NCBI GenBank assembly: GCA_964487115.1
Contig: CAZAPD010000012.1
Coordinates: 1 to 33,208 of the forward strand
Direction of reading: 5' to 3'
DNA from: an uncultured Thermococci archaeon
Lineage (GTDB): Archaea > Methanobacteriota_B > Thermococci > Thermococcales > Thermococcaceae
DNA length: 33,208 nt
The position numbers were made by a program, and so were the translations under genes. Within the stretch, counting starts at the first letter, position 1. Each line of letters starts with the position of its first letter. Below the pieces are notes generated by a model, which was not told where the DNA came from, made no database searches, and worked only from the letters and a program-made list of their open reading frames with translations. Of this stretch, positions 27,098 to 33,208 are shown in pieces.

Positions 27098-28866
27098 ACA
27101 TAAAATCCCATTTCCATTTCATTTCCTGCGAAGATTTCATAGCTACTTAGATAGTATGTTGGATTCCTGTAGACTCTTGTGCCATACCTGTCAGTGCCGG
27201 CGATCCAGATGATATAATTCTCTGGATTAAAGGGATTTCTGATAGCCATTATAACGGATGCGTTGGAATAGTTGGCATTCCACCCTTCGAGGACAGGATA
27301 AACCCCGTTTTCCCGAAGTATAAAAGATGTAACTTTCCAATCCCAGTGTTTCGATTTTTCCAGAATCCACTTATCGCCATACTTCACAAAGTGAAGCGGG
27401 AGATAGTTTTGCATCTCAGCAACAATTTTGTTGGCAACAGGCCCACCAACGAGGACGAGATTCTCCTTCAGCTCTTCATGGGTGATGTTGATGTCGGTCT
27501 TAACCTCTACATTAACATTTTCTGGCCATTGGGAGTAGAAAGTCCTCAGACAATCCGCCACAGTATCGGCTGTTTCCTCATCGTACTTAACACCCTTGGG
27601 ATCAGGGTTCTGAGTACCGTAGATAACAATGATCCTTCCGGCAACGGCGGCTTTATCAAGTGCCCTGAGGGGTGTTACCGGAATGTTCTCTTTGTAGAGC
27701 TCTTCAGCTTTCTTCGGAGGGATTTGTCTCCTGAGCTCCTCCAGCATTTCAGGAACATAATCATTCAGGGGTTTGCCCTCTTTCAGGCTTATGTGTGCAT
27801 ATTTTTTGTACATATCTACAATTTCGCTGATCCAGAACTCCCCCCACGCCCTTTGCATCCATAACGAAAGGTTAGCATAGACTGGATTTACATGGCTCAA
27901 AGCAAAGTCCTCCCATCCGTCAGCAAAGCCTTCGTATATCATCCCTACATTGCTCCAGAAGTGCATGTCATAGCGAGCTAAGTAGGGCATGTCATCCTCT
28001 ATGATACTCTCAAAATATGTGAGGTTTAAGAGGATGTTGCGGCTTTTCCAGAGTTCTTCGCTTGTAATATCATGCCCGAGTTCATGGTAGAGAAATGCGA
28101 GGTAGTTGAGTTCATCAAGCTTTCTGTTCCTGATGAAGTCCCTGTTAAGAGGCAGGCCGAATATAGTGTCCTTAGCAGTCCTATGGCTCCAATCTGTCCT
28201 CTGAGGTACTCTTCTTACAAGAGGCGGTATACCTCCTGCCCCATAAATCTGAGTGCCGTTTATACTGGGATTAAAGCTATGGCCATGAACTGCGACCAGA
28301 TACGGATGAAGGAACTCAAAGTGCACGTTGGAGATATTAACGTACTTTCCCATGAATTTATCGGGAGGTAAGAGCTTCAATGCATTTATGTAAATTTCCA
28401 AATCATCCTGATAATAGTCCTGGTGGCTGTTATAAAAGTTCATAAAATCCGTTTTCTCTGCAAAATCCCTCAGTGCATTCAGAAAGTCAAGAAACCACCT
28501 GTCGTTCAAGGGCACCAGTGGCTTTAGCTCAGGGGGTTCAGAGCACATTAGCAGAGCAGCCTCAAGGTTAAAAATCACCATATCCCTATTCGGGATCGAA
28601 TTAATATCTCCAAGACGTTCTTTGATCATCTCAACAGCTTTATGGTTTCTGTATGCGCCGAAATATGAATCAACCTCATTAAGATAGCTTCCCCTGTTTA
28701 TTATGAATGGATCAGTTCTGCCGAAGGCAAGGTAGTAGACCACCGAGAAGAGCTCCGAATTTGGGCTTATTTCTACAGAAACATTTGAACTTACGTTGTG
28801 GGCCTCCGCTGGAAGTGCTGCACCTACAAGGATTAAGCAGATTATCAGAACTGCTCGCCACTTCAT
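27088..28866 (-). CDS. Secreted DUF4932-like protein with HExxH motif and C-terminal S-layer-like domain
   Basis: Signal peptide MKWRAVL...AEA; V.ISPNSELFSVVYYLA N-terminus; YHELGH...YEGFAD; NLVLVGGPVANKIV. Confidence 0.78.
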   Translation of the reverse strand: MKWRAVLIICLILVGAALPAEAHNVSSNVSVEISPNSELFSVVYYLAFGRTDPFIINRGSYLNEVDSYFGAYRNHKAVEMIKERLGDINSIPNRDMVIFNLEAALLMCSEPPELKPLVPLNDRWFLDFLNALRDFAEKTDFMNFYNSHQDYYQDDLEIYINALKLLPPDKFMGKYVNISNVHFEFLHPYLVAVHGHSFNPSINGTQIYGAGGIPPLVRRVPQRTDWSHRTAKDTIFGLPLNRDFIRNRKLDELNYLAFLYHELGHDITSEELWKSRNILLNLTYFESIIEDDMPYLARYDMHFWSNVGMIYEGFADGWEDFALSHVNPVYANLSLWMQRAWGEFWISEIVDMYKKYAHISLKEGKPLNDYVPEMLEELRRQIPPKKAEELYKENIPVTPLRALDKAAVAGRIIVIYGTQNPDPKGVKYDEETADTVADCLRTFYSQWPENVNVEVKTDINITHEELKENLVLVGGPVANKIVAEMQNYLPLHFVKYGDKWILEKSKHWDWKVTSFILRENGVYPVLEGWNANYSNASVIMAIRNPFNPENYIIWIAGTDRYGTRVYRNPTYYLSSYEIFAGNEMEMGFYVQS

Positions 28867-28980
28867 GACGACACCCGGTAGTATTTTGGGGCTGTTTTTA
28901 TAAAATTTCCGATAAGTTACCACTGGTACTTTGGCGACTATACAATCTAACTCTTAGGCAGCATCTAATTATCACTTCCG

Positions 28981-28994
28981 GCAAAGCTTAAAAA
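28981..28994 (+). promoter_or_regulatory. BRE/TATA promoter of the FKBP gene
   Basis: GCAAAG-CTTAAAAA upstream of a GGAGG SD. Confidence 0.6.
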
Positions 28995-29049
28995 CCCTCT
29001 CTTCAATCTTAGAGCAGCAGAGCAGCGAAAAGAGAAGGAGGTTATGCTC

Positions 29050-29976
29050 ATGAAGATAAAGAAGGGAGACGTCGTAAGACTCCACTATACTGGAAAAATA
29101 AAGGAAACCGGGGAGATTTTTGACACGACCTTTGAAGAAATTGCAAAGGATGCTGGCATTTACAGTGAGAAGGGAATATACGGCCCTGTCCCGATAGCAG
29201 TTGGTGCTGGGCATGTTATAAAAGGTCTCGACGAACAGCTTGAGGGCCTGGAGGTTGGAAAGAAATATGAAATTCTCATTCCACCTGAGAAGGGATTTGG
29301 TAGAAGGGATCCAAAACTCATCAAAACATTCACTCTCGGACAGTTTAGAAGGCAGGGGCTTTATCCCTTCCCGGGAATGGATGTTGAGGTAACAACAGAA
29401 AGTGGGAAAAAGCTCAAAGGTAGAGTTCTGAGCGTTTCAAGCGGTAGAGTAAGAGTCGATTTTAACCATCCCTTCGCGGGAAAGACGCTCCTCTATGAGG
29501 TTGAGATACTTGAGAAAATCGATGATCCAATAGAGAAAGTCAAGGGGCTCATAGAGCTTAGACTCCCAAGAATTGACCTAAGTAAGGTCACAATTGAAGT
29601 AGGGGAAAAGGATGTTAAGGTTGTGTTTAAAGACCCCGAAATCGACAAAAACACTTTGATTCTCGGTGAGATACTCCTTGAAAGCGATCTCAAGTTCATA
29701 GGGTATGAAGAAGTTGAGTTTGAACCGAGTGTAGAGGAGCTTCTAAAACCACCGGAAGAGAAAGTTGAAACAGAAGAAACACAAGGAGACAAAGAAAAGG
29801 CCGAAACAGAAGAAACAGGAGAAACAGAAAAGCCAGGTGAAGAACAGGAGGAATCAGATGAGAAGTCAACAAAGAGCACCAAAAAATCAAAGACTGTAAG
29901 AAAAAGAGCCGCCAGTACAAAAAGGGAAGCTACCAAAAAGATGGCAGAAGAAAGCCTTGAGAATGAAAGTGCATAA
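29050..29976 (+). CDS. Long-type archaeal FKBP peptidyl-prolyl isomerase (SlyD-like) with acidic then basic tail
   Basis: GDVVRLHYTGK, FDTT, VGAGHVIKGLDE, IPPEKGFG, VDFNHPFAGKTL; GGAGG SD spaced for ATG 29050. Confidence 0.93.
   Translation: MKIKKGDVVRLHYTGKIKETGEIFDTTFEEIAKDAGIYSEKGIYGPVPIAVGAGHVIKGLDEQLEGLEVGKKYEILIPPEKGFGRRDPKLIKTFTLGQFRRQGLYPFPGMDVEVTTESGKKLKGRVLSVSSGRVRVDFNHPFAGKTLLYEVEILEKIDDPIEKVKGLIELRLPRIDLSKVTIEVGEKDVKVVFKDPEIDKNTLILGEILLESDLKFIGYEEVEFEPSVEELLKPPEEKVETEETQGDKEKAETEETGETEKPGEEQEESDEKSTKSTKKSKTVRKRAASTKREATKKMAEESLENESA
29767..29817 (+). repeat. 15-nt direct repeat (GAAACAGAAGAAACA) in the low-complexity FKBP tail
   Basis: Copies at 29767-29781 and 29803-29817, both encoding ETEET. 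Confidence 0.7.
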
Positions 29977-30077
29977 TGCCATTGAGCTGTTTATTTTTAC
30001 CTTCACAAGGTGCAGAGCATAGAGACAGGCACAAAGCAATGCCAAACCTTTTATTTCCATTATGATAAACATTTAGC

Positions 30078-30680
30078 ATGAAGCTCCAAAAAAATCCGTG
30101 GATTCTCTATGCACTTTCGCTGGTTTTCATTCCCCTAACATGGCACAGGGGAAACAATGTCTTCCAATGGGCGGCTTATGATATCCTCTTTTATATTCTC
30201 CTGCCATTACCCTTGGCCTATCTGTTAGGATTTAAGCCAGAAAGCCTCGGTTTTCAGCTTGGAAAAAAAGATGGATACAAATGGTTTGCAGTTCTTTTTT
30301 TGGTATCAATCCCAGTGAGCTTCTATGGTACCACGGTTCCTGCCATGAAAAACTACTACCCAATTTTTAGCTATTCTGGGTGGTCAGATTTTCTTTTGAA
30401 GGAGACAACGGTTGGATTGATAATGCTTGCTCATGAAGCGTTTTATAGGGGGATTTTATTGTTCCCCCTGGCAGAAAAGAATGAGTGGCTGGCAATTCTT
30501 GCCCAAGACCTTCCCTACACCCTCGTCCATATTGGCAAACCCGGTGTTGAAATCCCCTATGCCTTTTTTGCAGGAATCCTCTTCGCTAAAATGGACTTGA
30601 AAGGACAGAGTTTTCTTCCAAGCTTTTTCCTTCACTGGCTTGGTTCGGCGTTTTTTGATATATTGTGTGTTCTACTCTGA
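30078..30680 (+). CDS. mrtA: CPBP (CAAX-type) intramembrane glutamic endopeptidase, MrtA/archaeomyxosortase-like
   Basis: Multi-TM; YYP, HEAFYRG, LVHIGKP..E, HW motifs; TATA-like TTTTAT ~24 nt upstream with no SD (likely leaderless). Subfamily assignment is from recall. Confidence 0.72.
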   Translation: MKLQKNPWILYALSLVFIPLTWHRGNNVFQWAAYDILFYILLPLPLAYLLGFKPESLGFQLGKKDGYKWFAVLFLVSIPVSFYGTTVPAMKNYYPIFSYSGWSDFLLKETTVGLIMLAHEAFYRGILLFPLAEKNEWLAILAQDLPYTLVHIGKPGVEIPYAFFAGILFAKMDLKGQSFLPSFFLHWLGSAFFDILCVLL

Positions 30681-32563
30681 GTTCTAACCGTTCCATAGCC
30701 AACAAAGAGCACTTTATCCGGATCAAGGGCTTTAACGACCTCCGGTCTGTGGGTGATTATCACCGCCGTAATGCCGGCTTCACGAATTATCTCGCTGACC
30801 TTCTTTGCAACCCTCATGGCTGTCAGTGTATCAAGGTGCGCAGCAAACTCGTCCATAAGTAATAGATTCGGCTTCTCCGCAAGCAGAGATGCAATTTTAG
30901 CCCTCTCTTTCTGTCCCGTGGAAAGCTCACTAAACTTTGCCCTGTAAAGCACAGCATCGCTCAAACCAGAGCGATTTAAAACTTCAACTGCTGCATTCAG
31001 ATCCTTGATTTTCCTGTAAACGTGCTCCAATATACTCTCACTTCCAAACTCCGGCTCAAATTCTCCAGGAATCATGACCGAGACCTTAACGTTTTCTGGC
31101 ACTTCAATTTCTCCGCTTGTCGGTCTGTATTTCTCTTCCCAGTAACCTTTAGCCGCTCCAAGAATTAACCTCAGCAGAGTTGTCTTACCTGCACCGCTAG
31201 CTCCAACAACCACAATCAACTCTCTTGGTTTGATTTCAAAGTTGAGATTTCTCAGAACGGGTCTCTGAATAACCCTGTATCTTACTCCAAAAGCCTTCAA
31301 AAGCTTTTGAATTTCCTCAGGAAGACCTTTTATGTCAAGCTCGCTCTCGAAGACCTTGCTTACATTTTTGAAAATTATCGAGCTCTTTAATGGTTCAACT
31401 TTTCCATAGCTTGGCCTCCACAGTCTTCCGTCTTTGGGAGCATATGGGTCTTCTTTCAAAAATCTTTCAATGTATTCTTTGGCTTCATCAGTCAGCGGAT
31501 AAAATAGAACAGGTCTTCCACTTGCAGTCTCCCAGAGGAACTTAAAGCCAACTTTTTCAAAGAAGGGATTATATCTGGCCATCTGAGCTATGGTCTCAAC
31601 AATGTGTTTTCTTTTTCTCATCTCTGGAATTCTTCTCTCAGCTATCCACTCCAGAGCAGCTTTAACGCTCAATTGACCAAGTCCATCGGAACGGTAGTCC
31701 GGATGAACAACAACTCTCGCAATTCTCGCTCCAGCAGTGTTGCTCTCCCTTAAGGCTTGCCATTTTGCTTTCTCCCAGAGCATTGAGCGGGCAACTTTTT
31801 TAGGATATTTCTTCTTGAGCTCTTCATAAAGCTCCTTCAAAATTTTCTCTGGCCAGAATGCCGGGTGGAACCAGTCCTCTGGAAAGACCCTCTCACGAAT
31901 GTTCTTCTCTATTTCACCGTTAGGCAACCGCCTGTGCATCAAGGGAATTGGAGGGTCAATTCTAACATAAGCTAATATTCTTGGCTCATATTCCTCTCTG
32001 TTCTCAAGCTCAAGGATTAAGAAGCGTGAGGCAGGGGTTGAGCCTTTAATCTCCAAGATGTGGACGTCTTCACCCCCACACTTCGGACATTTCTGCTTTG
32101 TATTTGCTTCGAAGACATTGCCACACCTCTCACATCTCCAGAGAGCAACTTTCTCCTTCTGAGATGCGTAGTGATACTGCTCAAGCTCCGCTATTGCCTC
32201 AAAGTCGCTCTCATAAGTTGCTTCCCTCGCCTTAATTTTATAGGTATAGAGCAGTTCACCAGTTAGCGGAGAATAGCGCTTTGCCTCATATTCCTTCCCC
32301 CACAATGGCCAAACTTTAATTTTATCGCCCTGATAGAACTTGTAAAGCTCATAATCATCAAAATCAAGAATTTTCTCACCATTTCTGACTTTTGGCTTCT
32401 CTTTCACATGGATTTCAACTTCATCTCCAGTTACAAACCATTGAGCAACACCACTCATGTAGAGCTTATACTTCTCTCCCTTAGCTTCAACTTCAAGAAT
32501 TCCAAACCATCGGTGCTTGAAGCGTGGAATTTCACTACCAACGACTTTACCTCTAAGAATCAT
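30632..32563 (-). CDS. Zn-ribbon / GNAT acetyltransferase / ABC ATPase fusion (COG2401-like)
   Basis: LEQYHY; CERC..CPKC; RIARVVVHPDYRSDGLG (GNAT motif A); NPFFEKVGF; GASGAGKTT; LSTGQKER; LLMDEF; ITH; start at ATG 32563 with GGTGGT SD. Confidence 0.88.
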   Translation of the reverse strand: MILRGKVVGSEIPRFKHRWFGILEVEAKGEKYKLYMSGVAQWFVTGDEVEIHVKEKPKVRNGEKILDFDDYELYKFYQGDKIKVWPLWGKEYEAKRYSPLTGELLYTYKIKAREATYESDFEAIAELEQYHYASQKEKVALWRCERCGNVFEANTKQKCPKCGGEDVHILEIKGSTPASRFLILELENREEYEPRILAYVRIDPPIPLMHRRLPNGEIEKNIRERVFPEDWFHPAFWPEKILKELYEELKKKYPKKVARSMLWEKAKWQALRESNTAGARIARVVVHPDYRSDGLGQLSVKAALEWIAERRIPEMRKRKHIVETIAQMARYNPFFEKVGFKFLWETASGRPVLFYPLTDEAKEYIERFLKEDPYAPKDGRLWRPSYGKVEPLKSSIIFKNVSKVFESELDIKGLPEEIQKLLKAFGVRYRVIQRPVLRNLNFEIKPRELIVVVGASGAGKTTLLRLILGAAKGYWEEKYRPTSGEIEVPENVKVSVMIPGEFEPEFGSESILEHVYRKIKDLNAAVEVLNRSGLSDAVLYRAKFSELSTGQKERAKIASLLAEKPNLLLMDEFAAHLDTLTAMRVAKKVSEIIREAGITAVIITHRPEVVKALDPDKVLFVGYGTVRTQSRTHNISKNAEPSQ

Positions 32564-32666
32564 TGTTACCACCATCAAAAATTTACCTATTGTGTATTTA
32601 AGGTTAGTTTATGACTACCATAATGCATTTAATAACGCTAAGCTCAGCATCTTAATGGTGGCTACC

Positions 32667-33208
32667 ATGGAGGACTCCTACCGGTGGATGGAGAATCTGA
32701 ATGATGAGAGGGTTCTAAAGTTCATTGAGGATGAGAACAAACGCTTCAGGGAATTTATTGGAGATTTGCCAGAAAAGCTAATTGATGATGTGAGAACGTA
32801 CTATTACCTGCCCAATATCTGGGAGGCTCAAATTACAAAGAGAGGAACCTTTGTGAAGATGAATGAAGCAGGAAGACAGCTCATAAAACTCCTCGAGACT
32901 GAAGAAATTATAGTTGATTCCAAAAAGCTTGAAGAAGAACTTGGTGATGAGGTTCTCCTTCAGGGCTTTACCGTTGACAGAGAAGGGAAAAGATTAGCTT
33001 ATAATTTCTCAATTGGAGGAGCTGATGAAGGGATAACGAAAATAATTGACCTTAAGACTCGTGAAATCATTGAGGAGATAAAGCCATCCTTGTGGAATAT
33101 CGTTTTCCTTGATGATGGTTATTATTTCGCTCGCTTTTACAGGAAGGAGAAAACTCCCGATGGAATGAAGCCGCCAGCAGAGAGAATTTTTCTGAAGAAA
33201 GGAGAAGA
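32667..33208 (+). CDS. Prolyl oligopeptidase (S9A), 3'-truncated by window edge
   Basis: Not in the ORF track. MEDSYRWMENLNDERVLKFIEDENKRFREFIG...GDEVLLQGFT...AYNFSIGGADEG...RFYRKEKTPDG closely resembles the Pyrococcus prolyl oligopeptidase N-terminus; GGTGG SD. Confidence 0.92.
   Translation, partial: MEDSYRWMENLNDERVLKFIEDENKRFREFIGDLPEKLIDDVRTYYYLPNIWEAQITKRGTFVKMNEAGRQLIKLLETEEIIVDSKKLEEELGDEVLLQGFTVDREGKRLAYNFSIGGADEGITKIIDLKTREIIEEIKPSLWNIVFLDDGYYFARFYRKEKTPDGMKPPAERIFLKKGE

Noticed and set aside
20881..30680. Possible sortase-substrate system: MrtA-like protease plus nearby C-terminally anchored proteins
   Set aside because: Neither anchored protein has a Cys-containing CGP-CTERM-like motif before its TM helix, and the genes are not adjacent

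Overview
Archaeal chromosomal window, almost certainly Thermococcales (GGTG/GGAGG Shine-Dalgarno sites, BRE-TATA promoters, SurR boxes, and protein families recognised from Pyrococcus/Thermococcus). The left ~2.9 kb is an AT-rich accessory segment: a partial ORF with two ribbon-helix-helix-like motifs, a lipoprotein with three Ig-like (DUF4352-like) repeats, and a decayed pseudogene. The rest is mostly core: trm5b, DUF192, a SudBA/Nfn-type flavo-iron-sulfur oxidoreductase pair behind two SurR sites, a 7-gene double 2-oxoacid:ferredoxin oxidoreductase operon, RaSEA, surE, ftsY, a C/D-box guide RNA, a BMP-type nucleoside ABC transporter, surface proteins, an orphan metal-binding protein, cysS, a purine phosphoribosyltransferase, an FKBP PPIase, a CPBP/MrtA-like membrane protease, a Zn-ribbon/GNAT/ABC-ATPase fusion (COG2401-like), and the start of prolyl oligopeptidase. 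Most notable observations: (1) the BMP substrate-binding lipoprotein appears circularly permuted; (2) an unannotated double-guide C/D sRNA whose guides match conserved 23S rRNA motifs, with a second promoter-driven small element facing it; (3) an Nfn small subunit with a remodelled NAD-binding loop; (4) the uncharacterised GNAT-ABC fusion; (5) GC-rich patches inside housekeeping genes. No CRISPR array, tRNA, rRNA or transposase was seen. All family assignments come from motif recognition by eye, not database searches.
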